Below, in pieces: positions 42,201 through 56,589 of a DNA stretch of 64,000 nucleotides; position 1 is the stretch's first letter, and the number at the start of each line of letters is the position of its first letter. This DNA is from Squalus acanthias. Lineage: Eukaryota. The notes beneath the pieces are model-generated. The model was not told where the DNA came from. It saw only the letters and a list, made by a program, of their open reading frames with translations, and made no database searches. The stretch is from assembly GCA_030390025.1 (NCBI GenBank), contig CM059431.1, forward strand, positions 156,118,001 to 156,182,000, in the 5' to 3' direction. A program made the translations under genes and the position numbers.

Positions 42201-43898
42201 TGTCAGAGATCCGTGGGCTACACAGAGTGTCAGAGTACCTTGGACTACACAGATTATCAGAGTACCCTGGATTACACGGAGTGTCAGAGTTCCTTGGACT
42301 AACAGAGTGTCAGAGTACCGTGTACGACACAGTGTGTCAGAGTATATTGGACTACACAGAGTGTCAAAGTACCGTGGGCTACACAGAGTGTCAGAGTAAC
42401 TTGGACTACACAGAGTTTCAGAGTACCGTGGAATGCACAGAGTGTCAGAGTACATTGAACTACGCAGAGTGGCAGAGAACCGTGGGCTACACAGAGTGTT
42501 AGAGTACCCTGGTCTACACAGAGTGTAAGAGAGCCGTGGGATAAACAGTCTGTCAGAATACATTGGACTACACAGAGTGTCAGAGTACCCAGGACTATAC
42601 AGAGTGACAGAGTACACTGGACTACACAGAGTGTCAGAGAACCGTAGACAACACACAGTGTTAGAGTACCCTGGTCTACACAGAGTGACAGAGTACCTTG
42701 GACTACACAGAGTGTCAGAGTACCCTGGACTAAACATAGTTTCAGAGTTCCTTGGACTAAACAGAGTGTCAGAGTACCGTGTACTACACAGAGTGTCAGA
42801 GTACCTTGGACTACACAGAGTGTCAATGTACCGTGGGCTGCACAGACTGACAGAGTACACTGGGCTACACAGAGTGTCAGAGTACCTTGGACTACACAGA
42901 GTTTCTGAGTACCGTGGACTACACAGAGTGTTAGAGTACCCTGGTCTACACAGAGTGTCAGAGAACCGTGGGGCTACACAGACTGTCAGAATACATTGGA
43001 CTACACAGAGTGTCAGAGTACCGTGGACTACACAGAGCGTCAGAGTATCCAGGACCATACAGAGTGACAGAGTACACTGGGCTACAAAGATTGTCAGAGT
43101 ATCCTGGACTACACAGAGTGTCAGAGCACCTTGGACTACACAGAGTGTCAGAGTACCCTGGACTACACAGAGTGTCAGTGTACCGTGGACTAAAGAGAGT
43201 GTGAGAGTACCCTGGACTTCACAGAGTGTCAGAGTACATTGGACTACACAGAGTGTCAGTGTACCGTGGACTAAAAAGAGTGTGAGAGTACCCTGGACTT
43301 CACAGAGTGTCAAAGTACCGTGGGCTACACAGAGTGTCAGAGTAACTTGGATTACACAGAGTTTCAGAGTACCGTGGACTGCACAGAGTGTCAGAGTACA
43401 TTGAACTACGCAGAGTGGCAGAGAACCGTGGGCTACACAGAGTGTTATGGTACCCTGGTCTACACAGAGTGTAAGAGAGCCGTGGGATAAACAGACATTC
43501 AGAATACATTGGACTACACAGAGTGTCAGAGTACCGTGGACATACAGAGCTCATAGTAACCAGGACTATACAAGTGACAGAGTTTACTGGGCTACACAGA
43601 TTGTCAGATATCCTGGACTACACAGAGTGTCAGAGAAACGTAGACAACACACAGTGTAGAGTACCCTGGTCTACACAGAGTGACAGAGTACCGTTGGACT
43701 ACACAGAGTGTCAGAGTACCCTGGACTAAACAGAGTTTCAGATTTACCTTGGACTAAACAGAGTGTCCAGAGTACCGTGTACTACACAGAGTGTCAAGTA
43801 CCTTGGACTACACAGAGTGTCAATGCCGTGGGCTGCACAGACTGACAGAGTACACTGGGCTACACAGAGTGTCAGAGTACCTTGGACTACACAGAGTT
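39223..43898 (+). repeat. Copy 2 of the long-range duplication (matches 1-4683), ending at the gap
   Basis: Begins TTGGACTACACAGCGTGTCAGAGGACCGTGG exactly as position 1 and follows the same variant order up to the Ns. It has scattered substitutions and 1-bp indels that become dense after about 43490. Confidence 0.95.
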
Positions 43899-43923
43899 NN
43901 NNNNNNNNNNNNNNNNNNNNNNN
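43899..43923. other. Assembly gap (25 N)
   Basis: Run of 25 N characters with satellite in the same orientation on both sides. Confidence 0.99.
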
Positions 43924-44033
43924 TACACAGAGTGTCAGAGAACCCTGGGTACACAGAGTGACAGAGGACCCTGGACTACACGGAGTGTCAGAGTAGCTTG
44001 GACTACACAGAGTGTCAGAGTACCGTGTAATAC

Positions 44034-47000
44034 ACAGAGTGATAGAGTACACTGGGCTACACAGAGTGTCAGAGTACACTGCACTACAAAGAGTGTCAGA
44101 GTATCCTGGACTACACAGCGTGTCAGAGTATCCTGGACTACACAGCGTGTCAGAGTACCGTGGACTACACAGAGTGTCAGAGAACCCTGGGTACACAGAG
44201 TGACAGAGGACCCTGGACTACACGGAGTGTCAGAGTAGCTTGGACTACACAGAGTGTCAGAGTACCGTGTAATACACAGAGTTTCAGAGTACCCTGGACT
44301 ACACAGAGTGTCAGAGTACCTCGGTCTACACAGAGAGTCAGAGTACCGTGGGCTACACAGAGTGACAGAGTACACTGGGCTTCACAGAGTGTCAAAGTAC
44401 CTTGGACTACACAGAGTGTCAGGTTACCGTGGGCGACACAGAGAGAGTACACTGTGCAACACAGAGTGTCAGAGTACCTTGGTCTACACAGAGTTTCAGA
44501 GTACCGTGTGCTACACAGAGTGACAGAGCACACTGGGCTACACAGAGTGTCAGAGTATCCTGGACTAATCAGAGTGTCAGAGAAACGTAGACTACACAGA
44601 GTGTTAGAGTACCCTGGTCTACACAAAGTGTCAGAGTTCCTTGGACTACACAGAGTGTCAGAGTACCCTGGACTACACAGAGTGTCAGAGTACCTTGGAC
44701 TACACAGAGTGTCAGTGTACCGTGGACTAAAGAGAGTGTGAGAGTACCCCGGACTACACAGAGTGTCAGTGTACCGTGGGCTACACAGAATGACAGAGTA
44801 CCCTGGACTACACGCAGTGTCAGAGTACCTTGGACTACACAGAGTGTCAGTGTACCGTGGACTAAAGAGAGTGTGAGAGTACCCTGGACTACACAGAGTG
44901 TCAGAGTACCGTGGGCTGCACTGAGTGTCAGAGTACCTTGGTCGATACAGAGTGTCAGAATACCGTGTGCTTCACAGAGAGACAGAGTACACTGGGCTAA
45001 ACAGAGTGTCGGAGTACCCTGGACTACACAGAGTGTCAGAGTACCCTGGACTACACAAAGTGTCAGAGTACCGTGGACAACACAGAGTGTCAGAGTACCT
45101 TGGACTACGCAGATTGTCAGAGAACCGTGGGCTACACAGAGTGATAGAGTACACTGGGCTCCACAGATTCTCAGAGTTCCTTGGACTAAAAAGAGTGTCA
45201 GAGTACCGTGTACTACACAGAGTGTCAGAGTACCTTGGCTACACAGAGTGTCAGAGTACCGTGGGCTACACAGAGTGCCAGAGTGCACTGGGCTACACAG
45301 AGTTTCAGAGTACATTGGACTACACGGAGTGTCAGAGAACCTTGGACTACACAGAGTGTCAGAGTACCGTTGGCTACACAGAGTGACAGAGTACACTGGG
45401 CTACACAGAGTGTCAGAGTACCTTGGTCTGCACGGAGTGTCAGAGTACCTTGAACTATACAGAGTGTCAGAGTAGCCTGGACTGCACAGAGTGTCAGAGT
45501 ACCTTTGGCTACACAGAATGACAGAGTAAACTGGGCTTCACAGAGTGTCTGTGTACCCTGGACTACACAGAGTGACAGAGTGCCCTTGGCTACTCAGACT
45601 GTCAGAGTCTACTGGGCTACACAGAGTGTCAGACTACCCAGGACTACACAGAGTGTCAGAGTACCTTGGACTTCATAGAGTGTCAGAGTGCCGTTGACTA
45701 CACAGACTGTCAGAGTACCCTGGACTAAACAGAGTGTCAGAGTACCCTGGACTAAACAGAGTGTCAGAGTACCCTGGACTAAACAGAGTGTCAGAGTACC
45801 CTGGACTAAACAGAGTGTCAGAGCACCGTGGACTACACAGAGTGTCAGAGTACCTTGGGCTACACAGAATGACAGAGTAAACTGGGCTTCACAGAGTGTC
45901 TGTGTACCCTGGACTACACAGAGTGACAGAGTGCCCTTGGCTACACAGACTGTCAGAGTCTACTGGGCTACACAGAGTGTCAGAGTACCCAGGACTACAC
46001 AGAGTGTCAGAGTACCTTGGACTTCACAGAGTGTCAGAGTACCCTGGACTAAACAGAGTGTCAGAGTAACCTGGACTATACAGAGTGTCAGATTACCGTG
46101 GACTGAACAGAGTGTCAGAGTACCCTGGACTACACAGAGTGTCAGAGTACCCTGGACTACACAGAGGGTCAGTGTACCCTGGACTACACGGAGTGTCAGA
46201 GTACCTTGGACTGCACAGAGTGTCAGTGTACCGTGGAATACACAGAGTGTCAGAGTACCTTGGAATACGCAGAGTGTCAGAGATCCGTGGGCTAGACAGA
46301 GTGACGGAATACACTGGGCTACACAGAGTGTCAGAGTACCCTGGACGACACAGATTGTCAGAGTACCCTGGGCTTCATAGATTGTCAGAGTACCGTGGAC
46401 TACACAGAGTGTTAGAGTACACTGGGATACACAGAGTGTCAGAGTACATTGGACTACAAAGAGTGTCAGTGTACCCTGGACTACACAGAGTGTCAGAGTA
46501 CCTTGGACTACACAGAGTTTCAGAGTACCGTGGACTACACAGAGTGTCGGTATACCGTGGGCTAAACAGAGTGATAGAGCACACTGGGCTACACAGAGAT
46601 TTAGAGTAGCTTGGAATACACAGAGTGCCAGAGTATCTTGGAGTACACAGCGCGTCAGAGTACCGTGAACTACACAGAGTGTCAGAGTACCCTGGGAACA
46701 CAGAGTGACAGAGGACCCTGGACTACACAGAGTGTCAGAGTACCGTTGACTACACAGAGTGTCAGAGTACCGTGGACTACACCGAGTGTCAGAGTACCGT
46801 GGAATACACAGAGTGTCAGAGTACCCTGGACTACACAGAGTGTCAGAGTACCTTGGTCTACACAGAGTTTCAGAGTACCTTGGACTAAACATAGTGTCAG
46901 AGTACCCTGGACTACACAGAGTGTCAGAGTACCCTGGACTACACAGAGTGTCAGAGTACTTTGGACTAAACATAGTGTCAGAGTACCCTCGACTACACAG

Positions 47001-50000
47001 ATTGTCAGAGTACCCTGGACTACACAGAGTGTTAGAGAACCGTGGACTACACAGAGTGTCAGAGTAACCTGGACTATACAGAGTGTCAGAGTACCGTGGA
47101 CTGAACAGAGTGTCAGAGTACCTTGGTCTACACAGAGTGTCAGAGTACATTGGACTAAACATAGTGTCAGAGTACCCTGGACTACACAGAGTGTCAGAGT
47201 ACCCTGGACTACACAGAGTGTCAGAGTACTTTGGACTAAACATAGTGTCAGAGTACCCTCGACTATACAGATTGTCAGAGTACCCTGGACTACACAGAGT
47301 GTTAGAGAACCGTGGACTACACAGAGTGTCAGAGTACCTTGACTACAGAGTGTCAGAGTACTTTGGACTGAACATAGTGTCAGAGTACCCTGGACTACAC
47401 AGAGTGTCAGAGTACTTTGGACTAAAGATAGTGTCAGAGTACCCTCGACTACACAGATTGTCAGAGTACCCTGGACTACACAGAGTGTTAGAGAACCGTG
47501 AACTACACAGAGTGTCAGAATACATTGGACTACACAGAGTGTCAGAGTACCGTGGACTACGCAGAGCGTCAGAGTATCCAGGACCATACAGAGTGACAGA
47601 GTACACTGGGCTACACAGATTGTCAGAGTATCCTGGACTACACAGAGTGTCAGAGAACCGTAGACTACACAGAGTGTTAGAGTACCTGGTCTACACAGAG
47701 TGTCAGAGCACCTTGGACTACACAGAGTGTCAGAGTACCCTGGACTACACAGAGTGTCAGTGTACCGTGGACTAAAGAGAGTGTGAGAGTACCCTGGACT
47801 TCACAGAGTGTCAGAGTACATTGGACTACACAGAGTTTCAGTGTACCGTGGACTAAAGCGAGTGTGAGAGTACCCTGGACTTCACAGAGTGTCAGAGTAC
47901 CGTGGGCGACACAGAGTGTCAGAGTACCTTGGACTGCACAGAGTGTCAGAGTACCGTGGACTAAACAGAGTGTCAGAGTACCCTGGACTACACAGAGTGT
48001 CAGAGATCCGTGGGCTACACAGAGTGTCAGAGTACCCTGGACTACACAAAGTGTCAGAGTACCCTGGACTGCACAGAGTGTCAGAGTACCGTGGAAAACA
48101 CAGAGTGTCAGAGTACCTTGGACTACGCAGATTGTCAGAGAACCGTGGGCTACACAGAGTGATAGAGTACACTGGGCTCCACAGATTCTCAGAGTTCCTT
48201 GGACTAAAAAGAGTGTCAGAGTACCGTGTACTACACAGAGTGTCAGAGTACCTTGGCTACACAGAGTGTCAGAGTACCGTGGGCTACACAGAGTGCCAGA
48301 GTGCACTGGGCTACACAGAGTTTCAGAGTACCTTGGACTACACGGAGTGTCAGAGAACCTTGGACTACACTGAGTGTCAGAGTACCGTTGGCTACACAGA
48401 GTGACAGAGTACACTGGGCTACACAGAGTGTCAGAGTACCTTGGTCTGCACGGAGTGTCAGAGTACCTTGGACTATACAGAGTGTCAGAGTATCCTGGAC
48501 TGCACAGAGTGTCAGAGTACCTTGGGCTACACAGAATGACAGAGTAAACTGGGCTTCACAGAGTGTCTGTGTACCCTGGACTACACAGCGTGACAGAGTG
48601 CCCTTGGCTACACAGACTGTCAGTGTCTACTGGGCTACACAGAGTGTCAGAGTACCTTGGACTTCACAGAGTGTCAGAGTGCCGTGGACTACACAGACTG
48701 TCAGAGTACCCTGGACTAAACAGAGTGTCAGAGTACCCTGGACTAAACAGAGTGTCAGAGTACCCTGGACTACACAGAGTGTCAGAGAACCGTGGACTAC
48801 ACAGACTGTCAGAGTACCCTGGACTATCAGAATGTCAGAGTAACCTGGACTATACAGAGTGTCAGAGTACCGTGGACTGAACAGAGTGTCAGAGTACCCT
48901 GGACTACACAGAGTGTCAGAGTACCTGGACTACACAGAGGGTCAGTGTAAACTGGACTACACGGAGTGTCAGAGTACCTTGGACTACACAGAGTGTCAGT
49001 GTACCGTGGAATACACAGAGTGTCAGAGTACCTTGGAATACGCAGAGTGTCAGAGTTCCGTGGGCTAGACAGAGTGACGGAATACACTGGGCTACACAGA
49101 GTGTCAGAGTACCCTGGACTACACAGAGTGTCAGAGTACCCTGGGCTTCATAGATTGTCAGGGTACCGTGGACTACACAGAGTGTTAGAGTACACTGGGA
49201 TACACAGAGTGTCAGAGTACATTGGACTACAAAGAGTGTCAGTGTACCCTGGACTACACAGAGTGTCAGAGTACCTTGGACTACACAGAGTTTCAGAGTA
49301 CCGTGGACTACACAGAGTGTCGGTATACCGTGGGCTAAACAGAGTGATAGAGCACACTGGGCTACACAGAGATTTGGAGTAGCTTGGAATACACAGAGTG
49401 CCAGAGTATCTTGGAGTACACAGCGTGTCAGAGTACCGTGAACTACACAGAGTGTCAGAGTACCCTGGGAACACAGAGTGACAGAGGACCCTGGACTACA
49501 CAGAGTGTCAGAGTACCGTTGACTACACAGAGTGTCAGAGTACCGTGGACTACACAGAGTGTCAGAGTACCGTGGAATACACAGAGTGTCAGAGTACCCT
49601 GGACTACAAAGAGTGTCAGAGTACCTTGGTCTACACAGAGTGTCAGAGTACCTTGGACTAAACATAGTGTCAGAGTACCCTGGACTACACAGATTGTCAG
49701 AGTACCCTGGACTACACAGAGTGTTAGAGAACCGTGGACTACACAGAGTGTCAGAGTATCTTGACTACACAGAGTGTCAGAGTACCGTCGGCTAAACAGA
49801 GTGATAGAGTACACTGGGCTACACAGAGTGTCAGAGTACACTGCACTACAAAGAGTGTCAGAGTATCCTGGACTACACAGCGTGTCAGAGTATCCTGGAC
49901 TACACAGCGTGTCAGAGTACCGTGGACTACACAGAGTGTCAGAGAACCCTGGGTACACAGAGTGACAGAGGACCCTGGACTACACGGAGTGTCAGAGTAG

Positions 50001-52884
50001 CTTGGACTACACAGAGTGTCAGAGTACCGTGTAATACACAGAGTTTCAGAGTACCCTGGACTACACAGAGTGTCAGAGTACCTCGGTCTACACAGAGAGT
50101 CAGAGTACCGTGGGCTACACAGAGTGACAGAGTACACTGGGCTTCACAGAGTGTCAAAGTACCTTGGACTACACAGAGTGTCAGGTTACCGTGGGCGACA
50201 CAGAGAGAGTACACTGTGCAACACAGAGTGTCAGAGTACCTTGGTCTACACAGAGTTTCAGAGTACCGTGTGCTACACAGAGTGACAGAGCACACTGGGC
50301 TACACAGAGTGTCAGAGTATCCTGGACTAATCAGAGTGTCAGAGAAACGTAGACTACACAGAGTGTTAGAGTACCCTGGTCTACACAAAGTGTCAGAGTT
50401 CCTTGGACTACACAGAGTGTCAGAGTACCCTGGACTACACAGAGTGTCAGAGTACCTTGGACTACACAGAGTGTCAGTGTACCGTGGACTAAAGAGAGTG
50501 TGAGAGTACCCCGGACTACACAGAGTGTCAGTGTACCGTGGGCTACACAGAATGACAGAGTACCCTGGACTACACGCAGTGTCAGAGTACCTTGGACTAC
50601 ACAGAGTGTCAGTGTACCGTGGACTAAAGAGAGTGTGAGAGTACCCTGGACTACACAGAGTGTCAGAGTACCGTGGGCTGCACTGAGTGTCAGAGTACCT
50701 TGGTCGATACAGAGTGTCAGAATACCGTGTGCTTCACAGAGAGACAGAGTACACTGGGCTAAACAGAGTGTCGGAGTACCCTGGACTACACAGAGTGTCA
50801 GAGTACCCTGGACTACACAAAGTGTCAGAGTACCGTGGACAACACAGAGTGTCAGAGTACCTTGGACTACGCAGATTGTCAGAGAACCGTGGGCTACACA
50901 GAGTGATAGAGTACACTGGGCTCCACAGATTCTCAGAGTTCCTTGGACTAAAAAGAGTGTCAGAGTACCGTGTACTACACAGAGTGTCAGAGTACCTTGG
51001 CTACACAGAGTGTCAGAGTACCGTGGGCTACACAGAGTGCCAGAGTGCACTGGGCTACACAGAGTTTCAGAGTACATTGGACTACACGGAGTGTCAGAGA
51101 ACCTTGGACTACACAGAGTGTCAGAGTACCGTTGGCTACACAGAGTGACAGAGTACACTGGGCTACACAGAGTGTCAGAGTACCTTGGTCTGCACGGAGT
51201 GTCAGAGTACCTTGAACTATACAGAGTGTCAGAGTAGCCTGGACTGCACAGAGTGTCAGAGTACCTTTGGCTACACAGAATGACAGAGTAAACTGGGCTT
51301 CACAGAGTGTCTGTGTACCCTGGACTACACAGAGTGACAGAGTGCCCTTGGCTACTCAGACTGTCAGAGTCTACTGGGCTACACAGAGTGTCAGAGTACC
51401 CAGGACTACACAGAGTGTCAGAGTACCTTGGACTTCATAGAGTGTCAGAGTGCCGTTGACTACACAGACTGTCAGAGTACCCTGGACTAAACAGAGTGTC
51501 AGAGTACCCTGGACTAAACAGAGTGTCAGAGTACCCTGGACTAAACAGAGTGTCAGAGTACCCTGGACTAAACAGAGTGTCAGAGCACCGTGGACTACAC
51601 AGAGTGTCAGAGTACCTTGGGCTACACAGAATGACAGAGTAAACTGGGCTTCACAGAGTGTCTGTGTACCCTGGACTACACAGAGTGACAGAGTGCCCTT
51701 GGCTACACAGACTGTCAGAGTCTACTGGGCTACACAGAGTGTCAGAGTACCCAGGACTACACAGAGTGTCAGAGTACCTTGGACTTCACAGAGTGTCAGA
51801 GTACCCTGGACTAAACAGAGTGTCAGAGTAACCTGGACTATACAGAGTGTCAGAGTACCGTGGACTGAACAGAGTGTCAGAGTACCCTGGACTACACAGA
51901 GTGTCAGAGTACCCTGGACTACACAGAGGGTCAGTGTACCCTGGACTACACGGAGTGTCAGAGTACCTTGGACTGCACAGAGTGTCAGTGTACCGTGGAA
52001 TACACAGAGTGTCAGAGTACCTTGGAATACGCAGAGTGTCAGAGATCCGTGGGCTAGACAGAGTGACGGAATACACTGGGCTACACAGAGTGTCAGAGTA
52101 CCCTGGACGACACAGATTGTCAGAGTACCCTGGGCTTCATAGATTGTCAGAGTACCGTGGACTACACAGAGTGTTAGAGTACACTGGGATACACAGAGTG
52201 TCAGAGTACATTGGACTACAAAGAGTGTCAGTGTACCCTGGACTACACAGAGTGTCAGAGTACCTTGGACTACACAGAGTTTCAGAGTACCGTGGACTAC
52301 ACAGAGTGTCGGTATACCGTGGGCTAAACAGAGTGATAGAGCACACTGGGCTACACAGAGATTTAGAGTAGCTTGGAATACACAGAGTGCCAGAGTATCT
52401 TGGAGTACACAGCGCGTCAGAGTACCGTGAACTACACAGAGTGTCAGAGTACCCTGGGAACACAGAGTGACAGAGGACCCTGGACTACACAGAGTGTCAG
52501 AGTACCGTTGACTACACAGAGTGTCAGAGTACCGTGGACTACACCGAGTGTCAGAGTACCGTGGAATACACAGAGTGTCAGAGTACCCTGGACTACACAG
52601 AGTGTCAGAGTACCTTGGTCTACACAGAGTTTCAGAGTACCTTGGACTAAACATAGTGTCAGAGTACCCTGGACTACACAGAGTGTCAGAGTACCCTGGA
52701 CTACACAGAGTGTCAGAGTACTTTGGACTAAACATAGTGTCAGAGTACCCTCGACTACACAGATTGTCAGAGTACCCTGGACTACACAGAGTGTTAGAGA
52801 ACCGTGGACTACACAGAGTGTCAGAGTAACCTGGACTATACAGAGTGTCAGAGTACCGTGGACTGAACAGAGTGTCAGAGTACC
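44034..52884 (+). repeat. About 3.09-kb near-identical duplication: 44034-47122 matches 49796-52884 (offset 5762), flanking a related but more diverged segment
   Basis: ORFs 44160 to 49922, 44738 to 50500, 45688 to 51450 and 46611 to 52373 all share offset 5762. A rare 23-bp monomer GGGCGACACAGAGAGAGTACACTGTGCAAC is at about 44431 and 50193. Confidence 0.93.
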
Positions 52885-55800
52885 CTGGACTACACAGAGT
52901 GTCAGAGTACCCTGGACTACACAGAGGGTCAGTGTACCCTGGACTACACGGAGTGTCAGAGTACCTTGGACTACACAGAGTGTCAGTGTACCGTGGAATA
53001 CACAGAGTGTCAGAGTACCTTGGAATACGCAGAGTGTCAGAGATCCGTGGGCTAGACAGAGTGACGGAATACACTGGGCTACACAGAGTGTCAGAGTACC
53101 CTGGACTACACAGAGTGTCAGAGTACCCTGGGCTTCATAGATTATCAGAGTACCGTGTAATACACAGAGTGTCAGAGTACCCACCACTATACAGAGTGTC
53201 AGAGTACCTTGGTCTACACAGAGTGTCAGAGTACCGTGGGCTACACAGAGTAACAGAGTACACTGGGCTTCACAGAGTGTCAGAGTACCTTGGACTACAC
53301 AGAGTGTCAGTTTACCGTGGGCGACACAGAGTGACAGAGTACACTGGGCAACACAGAGTGTCAGAGTACATTGGTCTAAACAGAGTGTCAGAGTACCGGG
53401 GCTACACAGAGTGACAGAGTAGCCTGGGCTACACAGAGGGTCAGAGTTTCCTGGGCTACACAGAGTGTCAGAGTTCATTGAACTAAAAATAGTTTCAGTG
53501 TAACCTGGGCTACACAGAGTGTCAGAGTAACCTGGACTACACAGAGTGTCAGAGTAACCTGGACGACACAGCTTGTCAGAGTACCCTGGAGTACACAGAG
53601 TGACAGAGCACATTGGACTGCACATCGTGTCAGAGTACCCTGGACTACACAGAGTGTCAGAGTACATTGGACTACACAGAGTGTCAGAGTAAACAGGACT
53701 ACACAGAGTGTCAGAGTAGCCTGGACTACACAGAGAGTCAGAGTACCCTGGACTACACAGAGATTCAGAGTACCTTGGACTAAACAGCGTGTCAGAGTAA
53801 ACTGGACTACACAGAGTGTCAGAGTACCCTGGACTAAACAGAGATTCAGAGTACCTTGGACTAAACAGCGTGTCAGAGTAAACTGGACTACACAGAGTGT
53901 CAGTGTACCGTGGGATACACAGAGTGTCAGAGTACCTTGGAATACGCAGAGGGTCAGAGATCCGTGGGCTAGACAGAGTGACGGAGTACACTGGGCTTCA
54001 CAGATTGTCAGAGTACCGTGGACTACACAGAGTGTTAGAGTACACTGGGATACACAGAGTGTCAGAGTACATTGGACTACAAAGAGTGTCAGTGTACCCT
54101 TGACTACACAGAGTGTCAGAGTACCTGGGACTACACAGAATTTCAGAGTACTGTGGACTACACAGAGTGTCGGTATACCGTGGGCTAAAGAGAGTGATAG
54201 AGAACACTGGGCTACAGAGAGATTTAGAGTACCTTGGAATACACAGAGTGTCAGAGTATCTTGGAGTACACAGCGTGTCAGAGTACCGTGAACTACACAG
54301 AGTGTCAGAGTACCCTGGGAACACAGATTGACAGAGGACCCTGGACTAAACAGAGTGTCAGAGTACCGTGGACTACACAGAGTGTCAGAGTACCGTGGAC
54401 TACACAGAGTTTCAGAGTACAGTGGAATAAACAGAGTGTCAGAGTACCCTGGACTACACAGAGTGTCAGAGTACCTTGGTCTACACAGAGTGTCAGAGTA
54501 CCATTGGACTACACTGAGTGTCAGAGTACCTTGGACTAAACATAGTGTCAGAGCACCCTGGACTACACAGAGTGTCAGAGTACCCTGGACTTCACAGAGT
54601 GTCAGAGTACTTTGGACTAAACATAGTGTCAGAGTACCCTGGACTACACAGAGTGTCGGAGTACCCTGGACTACACAGAATTTCAGAGTACCGCGGAATA
54701 AACAGAGTGTCAGAGTACCCTGGACTACACAGAGTGTCAGAGTACCCTGGACTACACAGAGTATCAGAGTACCGTGAACAACACAGAGTGTCAGAGTACC
54801 TTGGACTACGCAGATTGTCAGAGAACCGTGGGCTACACAGAGTGATAGAGTACACTGGGCTCCACAGATTCTCAGGGTTCCTTTGACTAAACAGAGTGTC
54901 AGAGTACCGTGTACTACACAGAGTGTCAGAGTACCTTGGCTACACAGAGTGTCAGAGTGCCGTGGGCTACACAGAGTGACAGAGTACACTGGGCTACACA
55001 GAGTTTCAGAGTACCTTGGACTACACGGAGTGCCAGAGTACCTTGGACTACACAGAGTGTCAGAGTAACGTGGGCTAAACAGAGTGACAGAGTACACTGG
55101 GCTACACAGAGTGTCAGAGTACCTTGGTCTGCACGGAGTGTCAGAGTACCTTGGACTAGACAGAGTGTCAGAGTAGCCTGGACTGCACAGAGTGTCAGAG
55201 TACCTTGGGCTACACAGATTGACAGAGTAAACTGGACTTCACAGAGTGTCTGTGTACCCTGGACTACACAGAGTGACAGAGTGCCCTTGGCTACACAGAG
55301 TGTCAGAGTATACTGGGCTACACAGAGTTTCAGAGTACCCAGGACTACACAGAGTATCAGAGTACCTTGGACTACACAGAGTATCAGAGTATCCTGGACT
55401 AAACATAGTGTCAGAGTACCCTGGACTAAACTGTGTGTCAGAGCACCGTGGACTACACAGAGTGTCAGAGTAGCCTGGACTAAACAGAGTGTCAGAGTAC
55501 CCTGGACGAAACAGAGTGTCAGAGTATCCTGGACTACACAGATTGTCAGAGTACCGTGGACTACACAAAGTGTCGGTATACCGTGGGCTAAACAGAGTGA
55601 TAGAGCAAACTGGACTACACAGAGATTCAGAGTACCTTGGACTACACAGAGTGTCAGAGTATCTTTTCACTGCACAGCGTGTCAGAGTACCTTGGACTAC
55701 ACAGAGTGTCAGAGTACCCTGGGAACAGAGAGTGACAGAGGACCCTGGACAACACAGAGTGTCAGAGTACCGCGGAATACACAGAGTGACAGAGTTCCGT

Positions 55801-56589
55801 GGACTACACAGAGTGTCAGAGTACCGTGGAATACACAGAGTATTGGAGTACCTTGGACTACACATAGTGTCAGAGTACCCTGGACTACACAGAGTGTCGG
55901 AGTACCCTGGACTACACAGAGTGTCAGAGTACCGTGGACTACACAGAGTGTCAGATTACCTTGGACTACGCAGAGTGTCATAGTACCGTGGGCTATACAG
56001 AATGATAGAGTACACTGGGCCACACAGAGTGTTAGTGTACCCTGGTCTACACAGAGTGTCAGACTACCTTGTACTACACAGCGTGTCAGAGTATCCTGGA
56101 CTACACAGCGTGTCAGAGTACCGTGGACTACACAGAGTGTCAGAGAACCCTGGGTACACAGAGTGACAGAGGACCCTGGACTACACGGAGTGTCAGAGTA
56201 ACTTTGACTACACAGAGTGTCAGAGTACCGTGTAATACACAGAGTGTCAGATTACCCTGGACGACACAGAGTGTCAGAGTACCTTGGTCTACACAGAGTG
56301 TCAGAGTACCGTGGGCTACACAGAGTAACAGAGTACACTGGGCTTCACAGAGTGTCAGAGTACCTTGGACTACACAGAGTGTCAGATTACCGTGGGCGAC
56401 ACAGAGTGACAGAGTACACTGGGCAACACAGAGTGTCAGTGTACCTTGGTCTAAACAGAGTGTCAGAGTACCGTGGGCTACACAGAGTGACAGAGTAGCC
56501 TGGGCTACACAGCGTGTCAGAGTTTCCTGGGCTACACAGAGTGTCAGAGTTCATTGAACTAAAAAGAGTTTCAGTGTAACCTGGGCTAC

